A stretch of 63,602 nucleotides of DNA, the filler included, from Candidatus Tectimicrobiota bacterium (GTDB lineage Bacteria; JACPSX01): the NCBI GenBank assembly GCA_016193065.1. It is 8 parts of 8 records of this genome, joined end to end, with 100 filler letters (N's around TTAATTAATTAA, not from the genome) between each part and the next. Parts side by side here need not be neighbours in the genome. Positions count along the whole stretch, not along the records: positions 7,788 to 21,306 come from JACPSX010000135.1; 7 more parts are not named here. The stretch is one strand, 5' to 3'. A model generated the notes under the pieces. That model ran no database searches. It was not told the DNA's origin and saw nothing but the letters and a program-made list of their open reading frames with translations. This document shows, piece by piece, positions 9,599-19,197 of this stretch (the first letter of the stretch is position 1; every line of letters begins with the position of its first letter). A program made the position numbers and the translations under genes.

Positions 9599-12075
9599 TC
9601 AGCAGCGCGACCAGCCGCAATGATAACAGACGACGCAACCTGTCTCGTGGGCAACCCCGCCCCCGCAATCGGGGCAGGTGGAGATAAACGCCAGAGGTCG
9701 CCTGGAGTCATGGCCGTTCCCGGGCGCCGGGGAAGCGGATTTCGCCTTCGTCGGAATCTTGGGCAACCCGGCGGTCGGTTTCAGGTGAGCCATGTACCCG
9801 CCGTTTTGCTGGCGCTCCAGATGGCGCTCCAAGGCCTTTCCAATCGCATCGGGCGTGGACAGGATCAGCTCTCCGTTCTCCCAGACCGGCAGGGGTCCTG
9901 AAATTCCCTTGAGCTGCTGAATGATCTCCCGGGGATCGATCCCCGCCCGCAGCGCCAGCGAGATGAGCCGGCTGATGGCTTCCGACTGGGCCTGGGCATT
10001 GCCCCCCGCTTTGCCGATCGTCGTAAACACCTCGCACAGCCCCTCGCTGTCCTCGTTGATGGTGATGTAAAGGTTCCCCTCTCCCGTGCGAATCCTCTCC
10101 GTAACCCCGCGGGTGATGGCCGGCCGCGTGCGCGGATGAAACCCGTTGGACTTGTGAGCCGTCTGGGAGCCGTTCCCCTCGGACTCGACGATCAGGGTCG
10201 CAGGAGCCTCGGATTCCGCCGCCGGTGACTTGAGCTCCTCTTCCGCTTCTGCCGCTTCCGCTTGTAGGCCGTGAGGTAGATGTCGGCGACGGTTTCCACC
10301 GAGACATCCTCCGGGAGGTTCACCGTGGAGGAGATGGCGCTGTCCACGTAGTTTTGAATGACGCCCTGCATCTTCACCCGGAAGTAGGGATCGATTTCGT
10401 GGGCCGTCACCACGTGGGGGGGGAGGTTCTCGTCGCCGCCAAAGAGCTTCTGAATCAGGTGGTGGTACACCTTATACTCCTGGAAGCTCTCTCCGTCCGC
10501 GTTCTTCACGCGCCGTCTGTAGCTCGTGCAGAAAATGGGCTCCACCCCCGAGCTGGAGCGGGCCACAATGGATCCGGTGCCCACCGGGGGAACGGTAATC
10601 ACGGTGCCGTTGCGGATCCCCGAGCGCCGGATCTCTTCGCGGATCTCCTCGGGCAGGGCCTGCACGAATCTGCTCTGGGAATAGCCCTCCCAATTAAACA
10701 CGGGGAACGGACCCTTCTCCCGGGCCAGATCCACCGAGGTCCGGTAGGCCGAATCCCGGATCGTGCGCATCATCCTGTCGACGGTTTGCAGGGCTTCCTC
10801 GGAGTCGTAGCGGATCTTCATGCACACCAGAGCATCCGCGAGCCCGGTAATTCCCAGGCCCACCCGGCGATCCGACGCCACGGCCTCTTTGATCTTGTCC
10901 AGAGCGTGGTTATCCATGTTGTAGTCGATCACGTCATCGAGGAACCGGGTGGCGACGCGGGTCGTTTCCGCCAGATCCACGTAATCGAAGCTGCCGTCTT
11001 CCCGCACGAACGCGGTCAGGTTCAAGCTCCCCAGATTGCAGGCCGTGTAGGCGGCCAGTGGCTGCTCGCCGCAGGGATTCGTGCTGGACAGCGGGTTCAT
11101 GTACTCCAGATTGTGATACTCGCGCATCGTATCCCAGAAGATCACCCCGGGCTCGGCCGAGGCATGGGCGTTTTCGATGATCTTCTTCCACAGATCCCGG
11201 GCCCGGACAGTGCGGAACACCTTCTCCCCCCAGCGCAGGGAAAAATCCTCGTCGTTGAGAACCGCCTGCATGAACTCGTGAGTGACCAGGACGCTGATGT
11301 TCGCGTACTGGACCTTGCGCCGCTCGGGATCGTTCTTGATCGTGATGAACCTCTCGATATCGGGATGATCCACCCGCAAGGTCAGCATCAGGGCGCCCCG
11401 GCGCCCGGCCTGGGAAACCGTGTTCGTGCTCTCGCTCAGCAGGTTCATGAACGCTGTGGCCCCCGGGGATTTGTCCACGGTGGCGTTGACCGGTGCCCCC
11501 TCGGGGCGCAAGATGGAGAGGTCGGTCCCCACTCCCCCTCCGGTGCGGTACACGAGGGCCGACTCCATCAAGCAAGTGTAGATCCCTTCCAGGCTGTCCT
11601 CGACGATGGGGATCACATAGCAGTTGGACAGGGTGGGCCGGCGCCGGGCATCTTCCCGCCCCGCCGCATGCATGACCCGTCCGCCCGGGACAAATTTAAA
11701 ATCGATCAGGATGGACATGAACTGGTAGTACCAGTAGTCCCGATTGGATTCCACGCTGGCGACGGCGCGGGCAGTCCGGTCCCAGAGATGAAACGGTCCC
11801 GTCTCACCCGGAGCCAGATATTTGCTGTTCAGCACATTGACCGCCAGGTCGTCGTCCCCGTAGTACTCGGAGGCATCCAGGGCCTTGACCAAGAGCATCC
11901 CGCCGTGATCCGAGCGCAAGCATTTGCGCTCCAGGTCGCGCAGGAGTTCCTGGCTTGGCCTCGAGTCGGCAGCCGGCCGCTCCAGTTGCCCTTCTTCGAC
12001 CGGAGCGGGGCTCTCTGGGATCGCCGGCACCGTCGTCGCCCCCCATTCTCCCCGCTGTACCAGCTCCTGGGTCAT
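9599..12075 (-). pseudogene. nrdJ: Adenosylcobalamin-dependent (class II) ribonucleotide reductase, frameshifted by an internal deletion near 10260 as assembled
   Basis: TLSNCYV, GGGVGTD, TNPCGEQPL and RRVGLGITG. After LTAYK the frame shifts; the C-terminal TSCPD / Zn-ribbon domain (CPDC...CYHCGWSRC) is in another frame. Confidence 0.88.
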
Positions 12076-12264
12076 CCTGAATCCTCCTCACGGTCCAAAA
12101 GTTCGCAAATCGCTGTGGACTCCCCTCCCTGGGGAGCCACATCCTTTGTTTGAAAGGGCTTCTAGGCCGGCAATGAAGAGCCAGAACGCCTGTTTGTCCG
12201 ATCGTTATCTACACCAGGCAAGGGAGCCTTTGAATACCCTTTTGTTACCTTGCTTGTTATCCTC

Positions 12265-12293
12265 TTAATAATCCGGAAGAAACAGGGTGTCAA
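12265..12293 (-). promoter_or_regulatory. Putative sigma70 promoter of nrdJ
   Basis: TTGACA-17 nt-TATTAA on the minus strand. Confidence 0.5.
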
Positions 12294-12299
12294 TATTTT

Positions 12300-12347
12300 T
12301 TTCAATATGTTGTTGTTTTTTTCTAAAGTTTCCACAATATGTAGTGG
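12300..12347. promoter_or_regulatory. Tandem NrdR boxes
   Basis: CCACAATATGTAGTGG (12332-12347) and TTTCAATATGTTGTTG (12300-12315), 32 bp apart, upstream of the RNR gene. Confidence 0.8.
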
Positions 12348-12498
12348 AAAAGCTGTGACTAACCTGGGGATAACCTGAGATAAAAAAGGGGGTTTTGGGG
12401 TTCCAAGCCCCCCTCGGCGGGAGGCCGGCAGCCCCGGATTCCTTCCTTTTAGAAGGTAAGTTATACTAAGGCGCCCGCCCGGCGCCGCAGGAGGAGTC

Positions 12499-13614
12499 AT
12501 GATCATAGGGGTTCCCAAAGAAATCAAGACCGACGAACACCGCGTTTCCTGCGTCCCGGCGGGGGTGCAAGCTCTCTGCGAAGCGGGGCACCGGGTCCTC
12601 GTGCAGGCCGGGGCCGGCTCCGGTTGCGGCCTCACGGATCGGGACTTCGAGCAGGCCGGGGCCCGGATCGTCCAAAACTCCGCCGACATCTTCGGGGAAG
12701 CGGAGATGATCATCAAGGTCAAGGAACCCCAGCCCTCCGAATACCCCCTGCTCCGCCCCGGGCAGATCCTTTATACCTACCTTCACCTGGCAGCCAGTAA
12801 GGACCTGACCCAGGCGCTCAAGGAACGGCAAATCATCGCCATTGGCTACGAAACCATCCAGCTCGCCGACGGGTCCCTCCCCCTGCTCACTCCCATGAGT
12901 GAAGTAGCGGGCCGGATGGCCGTTCAAGTCGGCGCCTACTTCCTGCAAAAACAGGAAGGGGGCCGCGGGGTGCTTCTCAGCGGCGTGCCTGGAGTTCCCC
13001 CCGCAGAAGTCCTGATCCTGGGCGGGGGCACAGTGGGGGGGAATGCAGCGCGAGTGGCTGTGGGACTCGGCGCGCAGGTGACCGTGATCGATTCGAACCT
13101 GGAGCGCTTGCGGCACCTGGATTCCTTATACCGGGGGCGCCTGATCACACTGCCTTCCCACCGCCACACCGTTTCCGCCGCCATCCGCACGGCTGATCTC
13201 GTCATTGGAGCCGTTCTCATCCCCGGTGCCAAGACCCCAAAAATCGTGCAGCGCGCTCACCTCAAGACGATGAAAGAAGGGGCCGTGATCGTGGATGTGG
13301 CCGTCGATCAGGGAGGATGCGTGGAGACCAGCCGTCCCACCACCCACAGCAAACCGACCTTCGTGGTGGACCGGATTCTCCATTACTGTGTGGCAAACAT
13401 GCCCGGCGCGGTGGCGCGCACATCTTCCTTCGCACTGGCGAACACGACGCTTCCCTACGCCCTGGTCATCGCCAACGAGGGGCTGGTGAAGGCCGTTCGC
13501 AAGGATCCAGCCCTGGCCCGCGGTGTGAACCTCTACTGCGGTGAAGTGACCTACCAGGCCGTGGCGGCGGATCTGGGCTACACGTACCGGCCGCTCACCG
13601 AACTCTTGTCTTGA
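12499..13614 (+). CDS. ald: Alanine dehydrogenase
   Basis: MIIGVPKEIK, KVKEP, PLLTPMSEVAGRMA, DVAVDQGG and HYCVANMPGAV. Confidence 0.96.
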   Translation: MIIGVPKEIKTDEHRVSCVPAGVQALCEAGHRVLVQAGAGSGCGLTDRDFEQAGARIVQNSADIFGEAEMIIKVKEPQPSEYPLLRPGQILYTYLHLAASKDLTQALKERQIIAIGYETIQLADGSLPLLTPMSEVAGRMAVQVGAYFLQKQEGGRGVLLSGVPGVPPAEVLILGGGTVGGNAARVAVGLGAQVTVIDSNLERLRHLDSLYRGRLITLPSHRHTVSAAIRTADLVIGAVLIPGAKTPKIVQRAHLKTMKEGAVIVDVAVDQGGCVETSRPTTHSKPTFVVDRILHYCVANMPGAVARTSSFALANTTLPYALVIANEGLVKAVRKDPALARGVNLYCGEVTYQAVAADLGYTYRPLTELLS

Positions 13615-13689
13615 CAGGTTTCACACTTTTCCGGATGATCGTGCGGAATTATCCGAAGACCTTCCCCCTGACAGAAAAGGAGCAAGCCG

Positions 13690-14244
13690 ATGGGGCTGAA
13701 ATCGGATCGCTGGATCAGGACCATGTCTCTCGAACATGCCATGATCACCCCGTTCGAAGAGAAGCAGGTCTCCCAAGGGGCCATCTCTTACGGAGTGTCT
13801 TCCTACGGGTACGACATCCGGATTGCCGACGAGTTCAAGATCTTCACGAACATCAACACCACGATCGTGGATCCCAAGAGCTTCGACCCCCGATCCTTCG
13901 TGGATTTCAGGGGGCCCGTGTGCATCATCCCACCGAACTCTTTCGCTCTGGGCAAGACGGTGGAGTACTTCCGCATTCCCCGCAACGTGCTCACGGTCTG
14001 CGTGGGCAAATCCACTTACGCCCGCTGCGGTATTATCGTGAACGTGACCCCGTTCGAGCCCGAATGGGAAGGGTACGTGACGATGGAAATCTCCAACACA
14101 ACCCCCCTGCCGGCCAAAATCTACGCCAACGAGGGGATCGCCCAGGTTCTTTTCTTTGAAGGGGACGAGCCCTGCCAGGTCTCTTACGCGGACAAGAAGG
14201 GGAAGTACCAGGCCCAGCAGGGACTCACGCTGCCCAAGATTTAA
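13690..14244 (+). CDS. dcd: dCTP deaminase
   Basis: [33 protein letters not shown] and [13 protein letters not shown]. Confidence 0.96.
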   Translation: MGLKSDRWIRTMSLEHAMITPFEEKQVSQGAISYGVSSYGYDIRIADEFKIFTNINTTIVDPKSFDPRSFVDFRGPVCIIPPNSFALGKTVEYFRIPRNVLTVCVGKSTYARCGIIVNVTPFEPEWEGYVTMEISNTTPLPAKIYANEGIAQVLFFEGDEPCQVSYADKKGKYQAQQGLTLPKI

Positions 14245-14297
14245 CAAGATGCCGAAAAATTCCATTTCCTTGTTCGAAAGCTTGTCCTGACAGGTCT

Positions 14298-14426
14298 CGT
14301 TGACTTTCTTTTTTACGGGATGTACCCTTCAGTCTTGAATCCTTAACATCTAACGAGCCGATGATCAGCGCAAGCCTCCGCAAACCTCCATTGCTCGTGT
14401 CGCTCTGCGGGTATCGCGGGAAATGG
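14298..14426 (+). repeat. Promoter/leader direct repeat, copy 1
   Basis: TTGACT-17-TACCCT then CTTGAATCCTTAACATCT...GCAAACCTCCATTGCTCGTG...AAATGG; homologous to 19061-19179. Confidence 0.85.
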
Positions 14427-14433
14427 CATTCAC

Positions 14434-15354
14434 ATGATGCGTGAACCTCTCATAGAGGCAGTCAAAAAACGTATCCTCCTCGGCGACGGAGCCATGGGCA
14501 CCCAACTGATGGAGTCCGGCCTGCAAATGGGAGCATCGGGAGATCAGTGGGTTCTCACGCAGCCCGAGAAAGTTCGCGCCATCCACGCCGCCTACGTTGA
14601 AGCCGGAAGCGAGCTTCTCCTGACCAACACGTTTTCTGCTTCAGCCCTCGCCCTGGCACGACACGGCCTGTCGGATCGCACCTACGAACTCAATCTAAAG
14701 GCGGCCCGACTGGCGCGGGATTGCATCGGTCCGACGGGCTACGTCGTCGGCGACATAGGTCCTTTCGGAGGGTTCCTTGAACCCCTGGGCAATACCTCCC
14801 GAGGGGAGTTGCAGGAAGCCTTCGCCCTGCAGGCCCTGGGCCTCATCGACGGGGGTGTGGACGCGATTATCGTGGAGACCATGACGGCACTGGAGGAACT
14901 TGGCGTGGCGATTGCGGCGATCCGGCAGGTCGATCCAACGATGACGATTGTCGGCTCGGTCACCTATGACCGCGTCGCCGACGGCGGATTCGCCACGATG
15001 ACCGGAGTCAAGATACGGGATGCCGTCGACTACATGACGCAGTTGGGCGTACAAATCCTCGGCTGCAACTGCGGCACGGGGATTCACATCGGTGATTACG
15101 AGCAGATCGTGGCCCGGTATCGCGAACTTTCCGATAAGCCGATCATGGTACAGCCCAATGCCGGCCAGCCCCGGCTGGATCGTGGGCGCATTGTCTACGA
15201 TGAAACGGCCGACAGGATGGCGGTGGGTATCCCCCCCCTCATTCAGGCGGGCGCATCCATCATCGGTGGCTGCTGCGGTACGACCCCGGAACATATCCTC
15301 AGGTTCGGCCAGCGCATTTTCCCACTGCGCACCTCTGAAACGGGGATTCCATGA
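14434..15354 (+). CDS. Homocysteine S-methyltransferase family protein (stand-alone MetH Hcy-binding domain)
   Basis: LGDGAMGTQL, LTNTF, GCNC, QPNAG and GGCCGTTPEHI (Zn-binding cysteines). Confidence 0.92.
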   Translation: MMREPLIEAVKKRILLGDGAMGTQLMESGLQMGASGDQWVLTQPEKVRAIHAAYVEAGSELLLTNTFSASALALARHGLSDRTYELNLKAARLARDCIGPTGYVVGDIGPFGGFLEPLGNTSRGELQEAFALQALGLIDGGVDAIIVETMTALEELGVAIAAIRQVDPTMTIVGSVTYDRVADGGFATMTGVKIRDAVDYMTQLGVQILGCNCGTGIHIGDYEQIVARYRELSDKPIMVQPNAGQPRLDRGRIVYDETADRMAVGIPPLIQAGASIIGGCCGTTPEHILRFGQRIFPLRTSETGIP

Positions 15355-18300
15355 GCAGACAGGCGACCCTCACCGGCCGCTCCACACAAGCCCGTGAGGC
15401 CACCGTATCTTCCGGCGCCGCCGCCGCCAAAACCCAAGCCCTCCCCGTGCCCAATCCCCTTCGTGATCTCTTTGCACTCGGTAAGATGCCGGTCATCCTC
15501 GAACTGCCTCTCACGGAAGAGGATCTCATTGGTTATCAATACTTGCGTCAGCGGCACCTCGCCAGCGGGTATCAACTTTCCGAGCTTACCCTGCTCGGGC
15601 AGTATCTTCGCCAGCTTGATAGTTACCGGGATCAACTGACCGACCCCGAAAGAAAGCTGGTCAGGAAACTCCAGGTCTATGCCGATCTGCTCAGTGCGGG
15701 CAAAATCGACCTGGTGGGAATCGACGACGGCGCGCGGGGCCGAAATGCGCTGGACAATGCCGTCGTTGTCGCCCTCCTCTCCGGCTTGGGTGCCGACCCG
15801 GCCCGCCTCATGCCCCATGTGGTGGCCCGCAACCGTCAGTCCCAACAGATTCGCAGCCGGCTCATGAGCTTCGCACGGCTTGGGGTGCGCAATGCGCTTC
15901 TTCTCACGGGGGATTTGCCGGCGGAGCCGGGAGTGCCCGCGCGCTTCCCCCTGGACTCGATCGGCATGTGCGAACTGGCCCGGGAGATGCAGATCGAAGG
16001 ACAACTCCCCGAAGAGTTCCTCATTGCCGCGGCGGGGCATCCCAATCCGGAGGCCGATCCGCGCGGACTGCGCACGCTGCACAAGGCCCTGGCCGGTGCT
16101 CGGGTGATCATCACCCAGGCCATCTACAGCCTCGATCTCTTCACCAACTGGATGGACTCGCTCGCCCACAACGGCGCGCTGGATATGGTTCACGTGCTGG
16201 CCGAGATCATCCCGATCACTTCAGACTCCCAACTCCAAAGCGTTTCGGAAGTGCCGGGAATCCGGATCCCGAGCGAACTGATCGCCCGGTTCGAGACTGT
16301 CGAACAACGGTTGAAAGATGCAGCCAGGGCCGGCGGACATTCGCCGGACTGGGTGAAACAACAATTGCGACGGGAGGCGGTGCGGGTTACACGAGAGTTG
16401 TTCCACCAGGTGCGCCGCGTACCCGGAGTCAGCGGACTCTATCTCGGGTCTGTTGGATACTTCGACATTCACGTGGAATTGCTCAAGGAAACCCCTCTGA
16501 TTCCTGAGCATTCGGAAGGCCTCCATAAGACAACCAAGCTCTCCGGACTCGAGCGCCAGCGCGTGCTCGCGCAACTGCCCGCGGTGGAAGCGCTCGTCCA
16601 AAGAATGCTCGAACAATCCAGATCCCCGGTGCGAACACGAATGCAGGCCTGGTCTCAGAAACTGGCGGCCTCGCAGGGTTTCGTCAACTTTCTAAAGAAA
16701 CTGGAATCACCGAAAGTCCCGATCTTCGGCTGCAAGAAATGCGATCGCTGCGACCTGAGTCCCGACGCGCTGGTCTGTCCCCGCGGCTGCGCCAAGCAGA
16801 TGTCTCACGGTCCCTGCGGGGCGCCGCGCCTGGTAAACGGCCGCATGCTCTGCGAGGACACCTCCCGCGAATGCACCTGGGCGCGAATACGGCTCCGCCG
16901 CGAGCAATTCGGCGTACCCCTGGCCGAGCAGCTTGAATCGCAGCCGGCCCCGGCTCCGGGGTTTTACGAGGAGGAGACCTTCAGCTCCACATTGCCTGTA
17001 CTGCTGAACCAGAAGCGCGGCCCCAACTGGAGCCTGGCCTGGCGAGCTCCGCTCGCCCGCATCCTGGGGCTCGTCAAGAAGGGGTTCCACTTCCGCACGG
17101 TTGGTACGCCATTGGACCTCGTCACGCTGGCGGCGAGCAAATCAAACCAGATGCGGGCCATGATCGCCAGGAACCCGAACATGGACCCGGAAGAGCTGCT
17201 CGTAAAAGTGCTGGCCCTGATCGGAGCGCCCGGTGCCACTCACCTGATCGAATCCAAACTTGTGTCTTTAGGGCTTCCGGCGGAAGGAACCGTTTCCGAC
17301 CTGTCGTTGCGGGAAGTGTTCCAGATCGCCGAGGCACTTCCCGCCATGCGGGGTCGAACGACCGGGCCATCCGGCGTCACGGACCGAAACAACCTCAGCA
17401 CTCGGAGCGAGGAGATCCTGGCGGCTATCGGTCAGGGGCGGCAGCTTCGCCGTGCGATGCGCCGGGAACTTGCCAACGTCCTGATCCAGCATATCAGCTC
17501 TCTCGGGGTGAGGGTCACCTACGCCGAAGACGTGCTGAACCCTGGTCAGGTCGACGAGTTCCTGGCTGCCCTGACGGTACTCAAGGACGAGCTGCAGGTC
17601 GTTCGCCCGCGGCTGGCGGCGGCAGCCGTGGAGCTTTCGGTTTATTTCACCCGCATCCACTACAAGCATCATTACCGGCCGCCGATCTTGATCCGTCGTA
17701 CCTGTGATGGTTCGCTCACGCTGACAAACCGGGTCGTGCTTACCATTGACATGAAACAGTCTCGGTCCTCCGCCGCGTTTTGCGCCCATCTCCGCGAGGC
17801 CTTCGCCCGTTTGGCGGAGGGGCGGGAAGAAAGCGACTCGGCCGTCGTGCTGGAGCCCTTTGCCGGGGAATCGCGGAGCCTTTGCTGGCAGTTCAACAAC
17901 GAGTTCTGGCGCCGTCTCCGTGACTTCGAGCAGGCGACGGGTGTGAACTATGACGCCTCCATCGGGGGTTCGACGGACCACAACCTGGCCTACGTTCGGT
18001 CCACCGCCAGGTGGTATTTCGACAAGATCCACGACCACAAGCTCGGAAACGAGCGCCTTTACATCCTGGAAATCGGCGTCGCATCGACGCTGCGGGCACA
18101 AACCTTCATCGAAGAATACCGGCGCATCTGTGAGCTCACCGGAACGAATTACCACCAGAATACGACCTTCCTGCTGGCCGATTCCCACGAGGAAATCCTG
18201 TTCGCGGCCAGGGAGGAACTCTTGAAGGTGCACCCCCACGTGGAGGCCGTCCGGATCGACGCCGGAAATCCGCTGCACGCCCTGGAACCCTATCGCGGCC

Positions 18301-19040
18301 TGGTCATTTACACGCACCTCTGCAACGTCTATGACAACCTCCCCACAGACAAGCTCGCACGCGCGGATGGGGCATTGTACCTCGTGGAGGGACGCTTATT
18401 CCTGCGGCATGACGAGCTGGATCGCAGCGCGGAAAAGCACGGTCTCGACCACGCGACCCGAGAGGAACTGCGCGACCGTCTGTCCTCCCTCTCCGCCAAA
18501 GATTCGAATTCAGTCGGCCGCTTACTGGACTGGTTGCGGGATACGATTGCGCGCCAGGGACGGGAACCACTCGAGTATGTTTCCCTCTGGATCGACCTTT
18601 TCTCGGCGCTGAACCTGGAAGAGCGATACGTGAGGATCGCCGACCCACAGCAGATTCCGCTCGGCCCCATCCCCGGAGTACCCGATCCCGGTGCGGTTAT
18701 CGCCGGTCAACTGGCAGGGAGCCGGAACCTGATCGTCCATCTCAACCAGGTGGCTCTGGCGGGATTCGCCGACCTACTGCGTATCCTCCATCCTTACGGT
18801 ACGCTTGAGGTTGTGGATCTGTTCGTGCAGCGCTTGGACGAATATCACCGCGGGTTCAAGGGGCCGGCCAAGTACGATGGAACCACCGTGAACTGGCTGA
18901 ACGGTCCGCTGTTCCGGGCCATCGCCGAGGCCCTGGGATGTACGGTGCGGCTTACCTCCTTCAGGCCCTTTGACCCGAAATCGGCTTCCGTCATCCTGCT
19001 CGCATCGCGCCAGGATCCCGCCCAAGTCCAACTCGACTAA
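15351..19040 (+). CDS. 1229-aa fusion: MTHFR-like domain + Cys-rich MTHFR_C/MetV-like domain + unknown region + class I SAM-methyltransferase-like domain
   Basis: LLLTGD and IITQAIY (MetF); FGCKKCDRCD..CPRGCAKQMSHGPCG..CE..ECTW; YILEIGVAS and NVYDNLPTD; ATGA overlap with the upstream gene. Confidence 0.75.
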   Translation: MSRQATLTGRSTQAREATVSSGAAAAKTQALPVPNPLRDLFALGKMPVILELPLTEEDLIGYQYLRQRHLASGYQLSELTLLGQYLRQLDSYRDQLTDPERKLVRKLQVYADLLSAGKIDLVGIDDGARGRNALDNAVVVALLSGLGADPARLMPHVVARNRQSQQIRSRLMSFARLGVRNALLLTGDLPAEPGVPARFPLDSIGMCELAREMQIEGQLPEEFLIAAAGHPNPEADPRGLRTLHKALAGARVIITQAIYSLDLFTNWMDSLAHNGALDMVHVLAEIIPITSDSQLQSVSEVPGIRIPSELIARFETVEQRLKDAARAGGHSPDWVKQQLRREAVRVTRELFHQVRRVPGVSGLYLGSVGYFDIHVELLKETPLIPEHSEGLHKTTKLSGLERQRVLAQLPAVEALVQRMLEQSRSPVRTRMQAWSQKLAASQGFVNFLKKLESPKVPIFGCKKCDRCDLSPDALVCPRGCAKQMSHGPCGAPRLVNGRMLCEDTSRECTWARIRLRREQFGVPLAEQLESQPAPAPGFYEEETFSSTLPVLLNQKRGPNWSLAWRAPLARILGLVKKGFHFRTVGTPLDLVTLAASKSNQMRAMIARNPNMDPEELLVKVLALIGAPGATHLIESKLVSLGLPAEGTVSDLSLREVFQIAEALPAMRGRTTGPSGVTDRNNLSTRSEEILAAIGQGRQLRRAMRRELANVLIQHISSLGVRVTYAEDVLNPGQVDEFLAALTVLKDELQVVRPRLAAAAVELSVYFTRIHYKHHYRPPILIRRTCDGSLTLTNRVVLTIDMKQSRSSAAFCAHLREAFARLAEGREESDSAVVLEPFAGESRSLCWQFNNEFWRRLRDFEQATGVNYDASIGGSTDHNLAYVRSTARWYFDKIHDHKLGNERLYILEIGVASTLRAQTFIEEYRRICELTGTNYHQNTTFLLADSHEEILFAAREELLKVHPHVEAVRIDAGNPLHALEPYRGLVIYTHLCNVYDNLPTDKLARADGALYLVEGRLFLRHDELDRSAEKHGLDHATREELRDRLSSLSAKDSNSVGRLLDWLRDTIARQGREPLEYVSLWIDLFSALNLEERYVRIADPQQIPLGPIPGVPDPGAVIAGQLAGSRNLIVHLNQVALAGFADLLRILHPYGTLEVVDLFVQRLDEYHRGFKGPAKYDGTTVNWLNGPLFRAIAEALGCTVRLTSFRPFDPKSASVILLASRQDPAQVQLD

Positions 19041-19060
19041 CGGCGCCTCCACACACGCCC

Positions 19061-19179
19061 CGTTGACTTTCTCTTCTCCAAAATGTATCCTTTGCCCTTG
19101 AATCCTTAACATCTCAAGACCAGAGGATCAGTGCAAACCTCCATTGCTCGTGCTCCTCTGTGGGTGTGCCGGCAAATGG
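19061..19179 (+). repeat. Promoter/leader direct repeat, copy 2
   Basis: TTGACT-17-TATCCT plus leader homologous to 14298-14426; CCTCCATTGC can pair with GCAAATGGAGG. Confidence 0.85.
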
Positions 19180-19197
19180 AGGAACAGGAGGTCCACG

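Noticed and set aside
10192-10275. Programmed frameshift or natural nrdJa/nrdJb split
   Set aside because: A conserved segment is missing in every frame, there is no slippery heptamer, and the downstream domain has no convincing SD and start ahead of it
12076-12260. Cobalamin riboswitch in the long nrdJ leader
   Set aside because: No B12-box or GGGAA..CGGTG / GCCCCCGCAACTGT core found
12200-12400. Replication origin (AT-rich, DnaA-like boxes)
   Set aside because: Only mismatched boxes and no dnaA/dnaN context; better explained as the nrdJ/ald promoter
14330-14433. Known SAM or SAH riboswitch ahead of the methionine-cycle genes
   Set aside because: Core motifs of SAM-I, SAM-II and SAH could not be matched by eye, and the second copy precedes an unrelated hydrolase; kept only as an unassigned duplicated leader
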